In this document: positions 9,731-19,582 of the stretch, piece after piece | How the letters are laid out: every line of letters begins with the position of its first letter | How positions within the stretch are numbered: position 1 is the stretch's first letter | NCBI GenBank assembly: GCA_000991245.1 | Contig: LBRD01000006.1 | Coordinates: forward strand, 39,340 to 103,339 | Source of the DNA: Parcubacteria group bacterium GW2011_GWC1_36_108 | GTDB taxonomy: Bacteria; Patescibacteriota; Minisyncoccia; Moranbacterales; GWC2-37-73 | Direction of reading: 5' to 3' | DNA length: 64,000 nt | The notes under the pieces: model-generated | The model's database searches: none | Seen by the model: the letters and a program-made list of their open reading frames with translations, nothing else | Told to the model about the DNA's origin: nothing | Program-made: the position numbers and the translations under genes

Positions 9731-11256
9731 GGCGCGCAGCGCAAGTTAAAAGTATAAAGTTTTTAAAGTTTATAAAGTAAAATGCAAACAAAATCCATCC
9801 ATGGACTTTATGAACTTTCAACTTTATGAACTTTATAACTTCTTTATTGTACTACACTTTTTTATTTTGGGAAAGAAAACAGCACTATAAAGAAATCTTT
9901 ATAGTGCTGTATTTGGATCGGGAATTATTATGGTTGTTTTTGAGGTTTTGTTGAGTGTTCTAATTCTCAACTATAATAATTCCCAATTGAATTTGGTTCC
10001 CGTGCTGATTGCCTCGTGAATCACGTGACCTGTCAGCACGGGTGCAGATTTTGGGTGTTGCGGAAATTAGATCAGAGTAATCGTCGAATTTTTTGCCTAA
10101 GCAAGTTTGTCCACGTCATATGGGACAATGTTATCGACATTCCTTACCAATTCCCTGGCCAAAATAACTTTACGTCCCTCTCACTGGCTCTTAGACCTAG
10201 AGGATACTCAACGCTATTTAAGTATAACCCCACATCAATACTTGTCAAGCGATTTTATACAAATTAAAAAGGCATGTCTGGATAGATCATGCCTTCGTGC
10301 CTCCGTGGAGGTTATGTGAGTTGAAGCAAATTCAGAAAAATGGTTTCATTTTCTTGCCTCCTTTTTTGAGTTTTGAGATTTTTTGTACCGACCCGAGGGA
10401 ATGTTTTCCCTCGGGCCATATTATACACCAAATTTGAGAAAATTTTGCGGAGGCACGGGGAATTTTTCATCCCCGAGCCTTTCCGCGGTCAGATTTTTGC
10501 GGAGGTCGTGAGCGATTCGCTATCCCGAGCGAGGCAACCAATGTCTTGGTGCCGATGGGTCCATGATCAGCATGACCCGTGGGAGATGCTCCCGACCGTC
10601 CGCGTTTACTACCTGGCAAGTTGATATATATCAGTCATTTGCTGATATATATTTTATGCCAAGCTAGACAAAGCCACTGGTATACATTTCTGCCTCCTTC
10701 CGAGGATATCTTTACGAATCTCCTCGTAAACTCTGGTTGGCCGCGGCTCAGGCGCCGGCGATCAGGGCGGTAATCTTGGCGGCTATGTTTGTTCCAAAGG
10801 TTGCCACGGGCTGTCTTCGTTTCATGTTACACCTCCGATTTTTTGGTCCTCCCTCTACGAGGCGAGGTTGTTAATGCCTTCCTTTTGGGATTTGGAAGGT
10901 ACAAACAGAAAAGTATTTATATTGTCTTTTTCTCTAATGATTTCTTACAAAAATACCTTTCCCGTTTGTGCCTTCCAAAATTTTCTCTTTTCCAAAGAAC
11001 TTTTTAACTTTTTATCGTTAAAGACCAGTATAGCAAATAAAATCGATGTTGTCAAGGGCTTACTATACACAATCCATTTTTTGGCTTAAATAAAGCAAAT
11101 AATAAGAATTTTATAATTTTTAATTTTGTAATTTTATAAATAAATCAAAATTTTTAATGTTTAAAACATTTAAAAATTAAGAAATTATTTAAAAATTAAA
11201 AATTGGAAATTAAAAATTTAAAGTCAATAAGTTACCAAAAAGATAACAATGACTTA

Positions 11257-12267
11257 TTATTTTGATATATATTCCGCCATCTCAACCAATCTATTGGAAT
11301 ATCCCCATTCATTGTCATACCAACCCACGATTTTAACCTGATTTCCCATCGACATTGTTAGTGGCAGATCGACAATTGAAGAATGCGGGTTCATCTTATA
11401 ATCCATAGAAACTAATTCTTTTCTGGTTGCATCAAGAATGTTGAGCATGTTTCCGAGAGCTGCCTTTTCAAAAGCAGCATTAATTTCCTCCACGGTTTTT
11501 GGTTTTTCTACTGTGCAGATAAAATCGACAATCGAAACAACTGGGGTTGGAACGCGAAGCGCTATTCCATCAAGCTTGCCTTTTAAATGTGGAATAACCT
11601 TCCCTACCGTTTTGGCAGCACCTGTGGTGGTTGGGATAATTGAAAGTGCGGCAGCCCGAGCGCGGCGCAGGTCGCGATGTGGCAAATCTAAAAGATTCTG
11701 ATCGTTGGTGTAAGAATGCGTGGTGGTCATGAAACCTTGCTCAACATTGCAAAGATCATCCAATACTTTAATCATTGGAGCTAAACAGTTTGTTGTGCAA
11801 GAACCATTAGAAACAATCGTTTCACCTTTATATTCCTTTTCATTAATTCCTAAAAGAAACACCGGCACATCATCTTTTGGAGGAGCTGACAAAACAACTT
11901 TTTTTGCGCCGGCCTCAATATGCTTTCCAGCGCCTTCTTGATCCAAAAATATTCCAGTGCAATCAAGCACAACATCAACCTCCATTTTTTTCCAAGGCAA
12001 ATTTAATGGATCTTTTTCAGAAAAATATTTGATTGGCTTTCCATCAATAATGAGCTCACTGTTTTCCTTGTCCACATCAACATTGCGCTGCCAAATACCG
12101 TATGATGAATCATATTTAAGAAGATGCGCACTTGTTTCAATATCAGTCAAATCATTAATCGCCACAACCTCCATTCCCTTTTTCTCAAACGCGATTTTTA
12201 ATGATGGTCTTCCTATTCTCCCAAAACCATTAATTGCAACTTTCAACATACAATATTCAACAGTCAA
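11257..12267 (-). CDS. gap: Glyceraldehyde-3-phosphate dehydrogenase
   Basis: INGFGRIGR NAD-binding motif, catalytic SCTTNCLAP. Confidence 0.9.
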   Translation of the reverse strand: MTVEYCMLKVAINGFGRIGRPSLKIAFEKKGMEVVAINDLTDIETSAHLLKYDSSYGIWQRNVDVDKENSELIIDGKPIKYFSEKDPLNLPWKKMEVDVVLDCTGIFLDQEGAGKHIEAGAKKVVLSAPPKDDVPVFLLGINEKEYKGETIVSNGSCTTNCLAPMIKVLDDLCNVEQGFMTTTHSYTNDQNLLDLPHRDLRRARAAALSIIPTTTGAAKTVGKVIPHLKGKLDGIALRVPTPVVSIVDFICTVEKPKTVEEINAAFEKAALGNMLNILDATRKELVSMDYKMNPHSSIVDLPLTMSMGNQVKIVGWYDNEWGYSNRLVEMAEYISK

Positions 12268-12374
12268 TATACAAAATGCAATAATTAATTTTGTATAATA
12301 ATTGTTTTTTATTTTAAATTTTTATTTATAGTATCCATACTAGACCAGAGCATCTTGCTAACCTCCTCCGCATC

Positions 12375-12650
12375 TTATTCTCCATCAATACTAACCAAGT
12401 GCCAATGATCGCCTTGAACTTTTTTGATATTGAATTTTGTTTTTTCTAAAATTGTTCCTTTGACAATATTTTTGATTCCAAATTTCAAATTGTCCACACT
12501 AATATCTTCCACGTGTTCGTCGTGACCATCGTGCGCCAAAGCAATCTGTCCAATCTCAAGAGAAGCAGAATTAACCTGCGAAAGTTTTTCACTTTTTACA
12601 ATCTTCATCAAATCATCAACAATTTCCTTGGCTAACATAAAATCATGCAT
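12375..12650 (-). CDS. HypA-like hydrogenase nickel-insertion protein with only the N-terminal Ni-binding domain (no Zn-finger cysteines)
   Basis: The trimmed start gives MHDFMLAKEIVDDL (MHE-like N-terminus) and the LEIGQIA core. There are no CxxC pairs. The ORF-track N-terminus MLHAICYMLHEL is the translation of an intergenic repeat. Confidence 0.4.
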   Translation of the reverse strand: MHDFMLAKEIVDDLMKIVKSEKLSQVNSASLEIGQIALAHDGHDEHVEDISVDNLKFGIKNIVKGTILEKTKFNIKKVQGDHWHLVSIDGE

Positions 12651-12751
12651 GAGCTCATGTAACATGTAGCATATAGCATGTAGCATTTTTGAATTCAGGA
12701 ACCCAAATGCATTTTTGTTATATGTTATATGTTGTATGTTATATGTTTAAT

Positions 12752-14014
12752 TTAGTGGACTGCGCAGCTGATACAAGGATCATATGCGCGAATGAATGCG
12801 CGCATCTTTCGCTCCATAGCTTTTTCATCTTTCTCAATAATTCCAGGAATAAACGCCGCAATATCATCCTCCAGATGTGTCAAAAATTGAGCGGTTGGGG
12901 TGATGATGTTCACGTTTTTAATATAACCCTTTGGATCAATATCAACCCAATAATAAAGCGTTCCGCGTGGAGCTTCAACAGCGGCTGCAGCTGTTCCCTC
13001 ACGCACCACGTAATCCTTTGTAATCGCATTGGCAAGATCCAGATGAGTAAGCTCCTTCAATAATTGCACAGATTCCTCAACACAATGAATCACTTCCACC
13101 ATTTGATACAGAACATTGTGAAATGGATTATAATCCGGAAGATTAAAGTTAAGCGACTTTAAATACTTCTGAGCGGCCGAGCTTAATTTTTCGTGATTAT
13201 TATTAACCCTTGCAATTGCCCCAACCATATAACTTGTTTTACCATCGCGCTGTACCCGCTTAACAATTTCATTGGGTCGCTGAAATTCATGAAAATTATC
13301 TTCAAAGTGTTGGACATCAACATGAAGTCCTTTATTAGAAGTCACATCTCCGTCATAAATCGCGTATTCCCCTTTTGTTTTCAAACAGACATATTCAGTG
13401 GGACGAGAAAAATTTGGAGTTTTAATAGTCTTAAAAAATGCTGCTAATTCTAAGGCTATTGGCATCGTTTCTTCACCCTTAGTAATTAAGAGTTTTAACT
13501 CTTCAGCTGTTGGAACTTTTTTAAAGCCACCAATTTCATTAGTCAGAGGATGCACCACTCGTCCACCAATAATTTTAATAAGTTCCATTCCATATTCTCG
13601 AATTTTCACAGCTTTTTTTGTTTCTTCTGGATATTCCTTCACTAGTTGCAAATCATTTTCAATATCCAAAAAATCAGCCAACGACAAGAAAAACAAATGC
13701 AAAGCATGCGAATGAATAAATTGGGCATGCTCCATAACTCTTCGCAATTTTTCAGTTTCCGGCGTAACCTCAATCTTCATCGCGTTTTCAATAGCCTTTA
13801 TTGCGGTTAAATTATGCACCACAGGACAAATGCCACAAATACGCTGAGCGATTACTGGCATGTCTTTATAATGTCGTCCGATTAAAATTCCCTCAATCAA
13901 ACGAATTCCTTCTTGCACTTCAAACTTAGCACTTTTAACATCACCTTTAATAACACTCGCCATAAAGCCAGTGTGTCCTTCAATTTTTGCAATGTGGTTT
14001 ATTTTTATATTCAT
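12752..14014 (-). CDS. [NiFe] hydrogenase large subunit (group 3-like, 420 aa)
   Basis: N-terminal RICGICPVVH and C-terminal DPCISCAVH Ni-Fe ligand motifs. The protein ends at the His with no C-terminal extension. Confidence 0.85.
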   Translation of the reverse strand: MNIKINHIAKIEGHTGFMASVIKGDVKSAKFEVQEGIRLIEGILIGRHYKDMPVIAQRICGICPVVHNLTAIKAIENAMKIEVTPETEKLRRVMEHAQFIHSHALHLFFLSLADFLDIENDLQLVKEYPEETKKAVKIREYGMELIKIIGGRVVHPLTNEIGGFKKVPTAEELKLLITKGEETMPIALELAAFFKTIKTPNFSRPTEYVCLKTKGEYAIYDGDVTSNKGLHVDVQHFEDNFHEFQRPNEIVKRVQRDGKTSYMVGAIARVNNNHEKLSSAAQKYLKSLNFNLPDYNPFHNVLYQMVEVIHCVEESVQLLKELTHLDLANAITKDYVVREGTAAAAVEAPRGTLYYWVDIDPKGYIKNVNIITPTAQFLTHLEDDIAAFIPGIIEKDEKAMERKMRAFIRAYDPCISCAVH

Positions 14015-14141
14015 AACACAGTTTATAAAGTTATATTAAATATTTTCTGCATTCGCTCGGAAATAAAAACTTTTTTTATTTCGCTCGCTTCATTTGAAAA
14101 TAAAGTTCGTAAAGTTTATAAAGTAAGAGCTGAGAATAGTT

Positions 14142-14936
14142 CTATTTATCCGTATGATCTGATTCCCACTTTTCGATATCGTCACGCAATCCGTAGATTT
14201 CAGTTGTGTTTTCAAATTCTTCGTCGGTCATCATTGTTTTCAAAGTCATTTTCATAGCTTTCACATTTCCTGTTGGACGAAGTCCTCGACAACCCTGACA
14301 ACCCATGCGCGAAGTTGGACAAACAGCATCACAACCACCCAAAATCATTGGTCCAAAACAAGGTTTCTTATCCAAAAGCAAACAGCGATTGCCTTTCTTT
14401 TTACATTCAACGCAAACAGGACTATCAGGAATTGTTGGCAACTCGCCCTCACCTTTCACATTAGCAAGAAGTATTGGAAAATATTTTAAGAATTCTTCAC
14501 CCGTAATAGGACAACCCGGAAAAGTAAAATCAACTTTCACAAAATTATCAACTTCCTGAACTTCTTCAGTTTCAATGCCTTGAATATATTTATACACATG
14601 TTTTGCTGTTTGCTGCTTTTCATGATAATTTCTAATTTCAGGGATTCCACCCATTGCCGCACAGTTACCAATCACCACCAAAAGTTTACTGCGCTTTCGA
14701 AGTTCCATTAAAGTTTTTTTATTGGCCGCCGTCATTGGGTTACCTTCCACAAATCCAATATCAATTGGCTCGCCAGCATCCTCATCATCTTCAAGTAAAC
14801 GAAAATCAACCATCTCAACTAAACTCATAGCTTCCAAAAACTTCTCACCCAAATCCAGCAGCGCAAACTGACAACCCTCGCAAGACGTCAAAGAAACGAT
14901 AGCAATTTTAGGCTTTTTAATCTCCTCAATTTCCAT
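14142..14936 (-). CDS. [NiFe] hydrogenase small (delta-type) subunit with proximal plus two additional Fe-S clusters
   Basis: SCEGCQ near the N-terminus, GNCA, GCP, then CVECKKKGNRC...CFGP...GCDAVCP...CQGC. Confidence 0.8.
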   Translation of the reverse strand: MEIEEIKKPKIAIVSLTSCEGCQFALLDLGEKFLEAMSLVEMVDFRLLEDDEDAGEPIDIGFVEGNPMTAANKKTLMELRKRSKLLVVIGNCAAMGGIPEIRNYHEKQQTAKHVYKYIQGIETEEVQEVDNFVKVDFTFPGCPITGEEFLKYFPILLANVKGEGELPTIPDSPVCVECKKKGNRCLLLDKKPCFGPMILGGCDAVCPTSRMGCQGCRGLRPTGNVKAMKMTLKTMMTDEEFENTTEIYGLRDDIEKWESDHTDK

Positions 14937-15026
14937 ATCTTTTATTTTTATATTCCCATTAATAAGATCATTGTAACATATTTTTTACAATAAAAAAATG
15001 GAGAACTTGTTTATTAGTTCTCCATA

Positions 15027-15692
15027 TTATTTTCCAGCCATTTTTAGTGACCGTGGATAATAATGCATAGTTGCAAAATCCATTTTTTCCTTTATAACAT
15101 CAATCGCATCATTATAAAGAAAACTTTTCTTGTTTATAGTATGCAAAATATCCATTTTTGCACCGGAAGTCATTCCGATAATAAAACCATAATGCATAAG
15201 CACAACATCCCCCTGCAAATACAAAGTTTTATCACCATCAATTGTAAGCAAATGCTCAATTGTTATGCCATTACTATCAACAGCAGTTTTTTCTTCTGAG
15301 TCATTGATAATAATCGGTATAAGCAAATGACCATAAACTACTTTTAATGAATACGCCAAATGAAGTCCATCCCTTTGCGCGTTAGCCAGTATTTTTTCGG
15401 CATGGATATTTCCACCAAAATATTCCATTATTTCAAGCTCATCAATCTTATTTTTTTGCGTGTTTTCCAGTAAATGCGTATATACATCCATTTCACCTTC
15501 GCATCTGCAAAGAAGCTCTTTGTCTACCACTGCACGAAGTTCACAGCCAAGAATATCTCCTCCTTTTTTACAAAGTTTTTGCAAATGTTTTTTTGCATGT
15601 TCACCACCATTAAGTGGCGTTGCTGGACATGTTTGCATTATCTTCAAAAGAAGTTCCAATCCTGCGGGTGTAATCACTTTTTTATCAATCAT
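15027..15692 (-). CDS. Hypothetical Cys-containing protein translationally coupled to hypC (hydrogenase-associated, function unknown)
   Basis: 4-nt overlap with hypC. Cys pattern C22, C41, C50, C62xC64. No known maturation motif recognised. Confidence 0.3.
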   Translation of the reverse strand: MIDKKVITPAGLELLLKIMQTCPATPLNGGEHAKKHLQKLCKKGGDILGCELRAVVDKELLCRCEGEMDVYTHLLENTQKNKIDELEIMEYFGGNIHAEKILANAQRDGLHLAYSLKVVYGHLLIPIIINDSEEKTAVDSNGITIEHLLTIDGDKTLYLQGDVVLMHYGFIIGMTSGAKMDILHTINKKSFLYNDAIDVIKEKMDFATMHYYPRSLKMAGK

Positions 15693-15904
15693 ATTGTGCC
15701 TCCTTGTTCTTGTAAGATGTTAAGGATCTCTTTGGCTTGCTCAATATCCATGATTTCAATGATTATTCCTCTTTGAGAAATAACGAAATCACCGATTGCT
15801 AAGTCTACAATGGTTTTTAATTCCTGTCTAGCTCCATCGTGATTTTCCACGATAACAGAATTTTCTTTTATTTCAATAACTTTTTTAGGTAAAGTTAGAC
15901 ACAT
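15689..15904 (-). CDS. hypC: Hydrogenase maturation chaperone HypC/HupF
   Basis: Starts MCLTLP (the MC(L/I)(A/G)(I/V)P signature). 71 aa. Confidence 0.8.
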   Translation of the reverse strand: MCLTLPKKVIEIKENSVIVENHDGARQELKTIVDLAIGDFVISQRGIIIEIMDIEQAKEILNILQEQGGTI

Positions 15905-16023
15905 AGCGCTTTGCGCAAGTCAAAAGCAGAAAGTCAAAAGCTAAAAGCATTACAAAACTGCATTTTTCTTTATGGACTTTACAGACTTGAGACTTTACAG
16001 ACTAATTATTATTTTCTAGTGAA

Positions 16024-16075
16024 GTCGAGAGAAATAAAAGTAATCTTTTATTTCCGAGCGAACGACGAAACCAAG
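16024..16075. other. Conserved ~55-nt intra-operon element (GAGAGAAATAAAAG...TTTTATTTCCGAGCGAACGACGAAAC)
   Basis: Near-identical copy at 27284-27345. Variants at 14048-14097 and 49247-49276. Confidence 0.6.
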
Positions 16076-16088
16076 AGTTTACTAACTC

Positions 16089-17030
16089 TTATTCTTCATC
16101 AATAGCGGTATCAACAGCAGTTAACTTATTTATCGGAGCAACAAAGTCAGCTGGATGAGATGAAATTGAGCATTTTCCACTACTGCAAAAATCAATCATC
16201 TTTTGAGCAACAGTTTTTTTAACTTCATCTTGAGCATCTCCTAGTATTTTTCTGATATCAAAAGCGATTTCTTCTTTTTTGTGCACAGTTTTAATGATGC
16301 TGTTTACAAAAGCCACGCGGGTCGCTGTGTCAACATTGAAACAACAAATCCCGTTAGCCACAGCTTCTTTCACTCTTCCGTTTTCCCAATCAGAAGCGCC
16401 ATGCAAAATAAGTGGCACAGAAACAAGCTCACAAATTTTTGCCAACCTTTCATAATCTGGCTCTTTTCTCTCTTTAACAAAACCATGCGCATTTCCAATT
16501 GCGACAGCCAAAGCATCAATTCCTGTTCGCTGCACAAATTCAGCAGCTTGCTCCGGAACTGTCATATATTTATCCCAGTCAACCTCACCTGATTCCATTT
16601 CTCCAATATATGGAACGCTTCCCAATTCGCCTTGAACATCAACGCCTTTTTCATGACAATAATCTACTATTTTTTTTGTAATTGCAACATTATCATCGAA
16701 ATCTTTTCTTGATCCGTCAATCATAACAGATGTGAATCCGATATCAACACAGCGTTGAACGATATCAAAATTTTTGCCATGATCAAGATGTATTCCAACA
16801 GGAATTTCCGGAGCATAACATTCAACCATATTTTTTATAATGTTAAATATCATTCTTCCGCCAGCATAATCCATGGTTTTTTCAGTGATTTGCAAAATAA
16901 CCGGACTTTTCATTTCTTGAGCCGCTTCAATAATAGCCCTGGTTGTTTCCATGTTTGTGGTATTAAACGCTCCCACAGCATATCCTTCTTCTTGTGCCTT
17001 TGTAAGAATTTCTTTTACTGATGTTATCAT
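16089..17030 (-). CDS. fba: Class II fructose-bisphosphate aldolase
   Basis: EGYAVGAFN, HLDHG and related motifs. 313 aa. Confidence 0.85.
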   Translation of the reverse strand: MITSVKEILTKAQEEGYAVGAFNTTNMETTRAIIEAAQEMKSPVILQITEKTMDYAGGRMIFNIIKNMVECYAPEIPVGIHLDHGKNFDIVQRCVDIGFTSVMIDGSRKDFDDNVAITKKIVDYCHEKGVDVQGELGSVPYIGEMESGEVDWDKYMTVPEQAAEFVQRTGIDALAVAIGNAHGFVKERKEPDYERLAKICELVSVPLILHGASDWENGRVKEAVANGICCFNVDTATRVAFVNSIIKTVHKKEEIAFDIRKILGDAQDEVKKTVAQKMIDFCSSGKCSISSHPADFVAPINKLTAVDTAIDEE

Positions 17031-17120
17031 TAGTCATGTAACATATAGCATATAGCATGCAACAAACAGTGACATCAACAATGTGTGTTTGAATTTTTGT
17101 TATATGTTGTATGTTTTATG

Positions 17121-17891
17121 TTATATGTTTTGATTTATTATTTCTGCAATTTTAACAAACTCCATTGGAATCAAGCTTTCTCTTCCAACCAAGACACCAT
17201 CCATTCCTGGATCAATGCAAAGTTGTTTGGCAGTTGCAGCTTTCACACTGCCTCCGTATAAAATCTTGATTTTTTCAGCCACTGGTTGACCAAAAGTATC
17301 GGCAAATATTTTCTTAATCAAAATCCTAACTTCCATAATTTCATCGCTGGTTGGAACACTATCACTACCAACAGCCCACACCGGTTCATATGCAATAACC
17401 ACTGTTGCAATTTTTGAAACTGGAACATCAGCAAGTCCTTCATGAATCTGTTTGATTATAACATCGGTTGTTTTTCCATTTTGTCTATCTTCAAGTGTTT
17501 CGCCTACACAACAAATTGGAGCAAGACCCGCATTTAAAATGCTATTTATTTTCATCTTTACAACCTCATTTGTTTCATTAAAATTTTTCCTTCGCTCACT
17601 GTGCCCAACAATAGCATACTCACCGCCAATGTTTTTCACCATTGGTGCAGAAATTTCACCCGTAAAAGATCCGCGATCTTCCCAGAAAATATTTTGCGCT
17701 CCTACGGAAAAATCATTTTTTTCAATTTTACCAACAAATGATTCGAGATGAATTGATGGTGGGCAAAGAACAATTTCACACTCAGAAACATTTTTTCCTT
17801 GCAACTCTTTTTTAAAAGACTCCAAATAGCGATCCCGTTCAGCAACGGTAAGAAGGTTCATTTTTAAATTTCCCACAATCAATTTACCCAT
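17121..17891 (-). CDS. tpiA: Triosephosphate isomerase
   Basis: VGNLKMN, AIVGHSERR and YEPVWAVG motifs. Confidence 0.9.
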   Translation of the reverse strand: MGKLIVGNLKMNLLTVAERDRYLESFKKELQGKNVSECEIVLCPPSIHLESFVGKIEKNDFSVGAQNIFWEDRGSFTGEISAPMVKNIGGEYAIVGHSERRKNFNETNEVVKMKINSILNAGLAPICCVGETLEDRQNGKTTDVIIKQIHEGLADVPVSKIATVVIAYEPVWAVGSDSVPTSDEIMEVRILIKKIFADTFGQPVAEKIKILYGGSVKAATAKQLCIDPGMDGVLVGRESLIPMEFVKIAEIINQNI

Positions 17892-17910
17892 AGTTATTTT
17901 ATCTTTAAGC

Positions 17911-18390
17911 TTAAAAATACAAAGTGATTGCTAAAACTATCGCCCCAGCTACCATTGTCCCAGCGAGTAAGAGAGGTAGAGATTTTTTTAGTTTAACATC
18001 AAAAACAAAAGCTGCAAGTGCGCCTGTCATCCCACCCAAAAGTGGAATTGGAGTTGCAGCCAAAATAAAAATTGCCCATTCTCCATATTTTTCCATTTTT
18101 CCATTAGCGCGTTTTCTAGTATGTTCGAAAAGCCAAACAAAAAACTTTTCAAAAATAGGAATATATTTTGACAAAAGTTTTGCAATTGGATCAAGTAATA
18201 AAACGATGATAACCATCACAAAATATGTTCCCGCGACCGAATAAAACCAAGCAGCTAAAGGACTTAGACCATAAACCTTAACTGCCAATGGTATTGAGGC
18301 CCGAAGTTCCGTTACTGGAATAAAGGCAATCAGAAACGTTGCCAGCTCACGAGGAACGTTCGAAAATAAACTAATAATATATTCTGACAT
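17911..18390 (-). CDS. Small integral membrane protein (Sm_multidrug_ex-like)
   Basis: PVTELRASIP motif. Four predicted helices. Confidence 0.45.
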   Translation of the reverse strand: MSEYIISLFSNVPRELATFLIAFIPVTELRASIPLAVKVYGLSPLAAWFYSVAGTYFVMVIIVLLLDPIAKLLSKYIPIFEKFFVWLFEHTRKRANGKMEKYGEWAIFILAATPIPLLGGMTGALAAFVFDVKLKKSLPLLLAGTMVAGAIVLAITLYF

Positions 18391-18475
18391 AAATAAAAAG
18401 TTTATAAAGTAAAAAGTTTTTAAAGTTTATAAGGAAAATTCAAAATACTTTATGAACTTTATAAACTTGATGAAC

Positions 18476-19582
18476 TTATTTCTCCAGTTGTTTTCTTAAA
18501 AATTCTGCTGCTACTTCTGGCTGAAGTGTTGAAATTTCAATGCCAGTGTCCAATTCAAATCCAGCCCAAGTTGCAGTATGAGGCAAAATTTCAATATGCC
18601 AATGAAAATGAGGATAATCTCTCCCATCACACGGAGCGGAATGAATATAAAAATTGTAAGGAGGATCGTTGAGCGCTTTATAAATTGCGCCAAGAGCTTT
18701 ACCAAAGACTTCCGCCAACTTCACTTTCTGCTCATCATTAATTCTTTCAAAATATGGACTATGTTTTTTTGGCATCACATGAACTTCAAATGCTGCTCTT
18801 GAAGCAAACGGACAAAATGCAATAAACTCCTCATTTTCAAAAATCGTACGCTTTCCTTCTTCACTTTCATATTCAGCCATGGTGCAAAAAACACACTCTT
18901 TATTACTTTTATAATATTTTTCCGCACCATCTAATTCTAACTTGATATATGGAGCAACAACGGGAATAGCCATTAATTGTGAATGTGGATGTGAAATTGA
19001 AGCTCCCGCTTCCTTGCCATGATTATGAAAAACTGTTACATAATTGACACCTTTTTTATTCATATGCTCAAGATATCTATCTTGATAAGCGTCAAAAACC
19101 TCGGCAATCTCCATCGTATCCATCATTGCTAATTGACGATAATGATCACGAGTTACAACAATCTCATGATATCCAACACCAGACATTGCAAAATATGGTC
19201 CCTCAGAAATAGGATGTGGCAATTCTCCTTGAGAAAATGCGGGGTATTTATTAGGAAAAACACGCAGCGTCCAATCACCATCAGCTTTGTGATAAATCAA
19301 AACATCCTTTTCCTGACCACTTGCCACAGGATCTTCAAAAAGACATTCCTCAATCCCCTTATCATCTTTATTTCTTTCAAAATTAGCAAAATCACCAGGA
19401 CGCTTTGCGCGTCCCGTTGCAATAACAACCCAATCACCAGAAACAATATCTTGCCTCAACTCTGAAGCTGAGACTTCTTTTGTTTCCTCTTTGGGTTCGT
19501 TTTCTTTTGAATTGTTAATGGAAATATTCACAATTTCTTGCCCTGTTAAATTGTTTACCCAGTTGAATTTATTTATATTCAA
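18476..19582 (-). CDS. galT: Galactose-1-phosphate uridylyltransferase-family (HIT superfamily) enzyme. Start codon uncertain.
   Basis: SHPHSQLMA (HxHxQ) and the CVFC zinc motif. The first ~14 codons of the ORF overlap a conserved leader element, so a downstream (possibly GTG) start is likely. Confidence 0.7.
   Translation of the reverse strand: MNINKFNWVNNLTGQEIVNISINNSKENEPKEETKEVSASELRQDIVSGDWVVIATGRAKRPGDFANFERNKDDKGIEECLFEDPVASGQEKDVLIYHKADGDWTLRVFPNKYPAFSQGELPHPISEGPYFAMSGVGYHEIVVTRDHYRQLAMMDTMEIAEVFDAYQDRYLEHMNKKGVNYVTVFHNHGKEAGASISHPHSQLMAIPVVAPYIKLELDGAEKYYKSNKECVFCTMAEYESEEGKRTIFENEEFIAFCPFASRAAFEVHVMPKKHSPYFERINDEQKVKLAEVFGKALGAIYKALNDPPYNFYIHSAPCDGRDYPHFHWHIEILPHTATWAGFELDTGIEISTLQPEVAAEFLRKQLEK

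Noticed and set aside
9294-9749. 151-aa plus-strand ORF
   Set aside because: Lies entirely antisense to the well-supported smc gene. Low-complexity composition and no motif.
9750-11250. RNase P RNA, tmRNA or SRP RNA in the GC-rich gap
   Set aside because: Looked on both strands for the P4 helix words (GGAAAGTCCGG / CCGGCTTA), the tmRNA T-arm/CCA tail and a tag-peptide frame ending ALAA, and the SRP domain IV motif. None present. Left as an unclassified structured-RNA candidate.
12651-12686. N-terminal extensions in the ORF track (also 23054-23074, 34035-34091, 46826-46855, 37739-37801, 22274-22318)
   Set aside because: These leading codons are translations of the intergenic heptamer arrays or motif repeats (e.g. 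MLHAICYMLHE, MLYVICCLN, MMIIVQLNTHLNTHL). Conserved protein N-termini begin at internal Met residues, so the features were trimmed.
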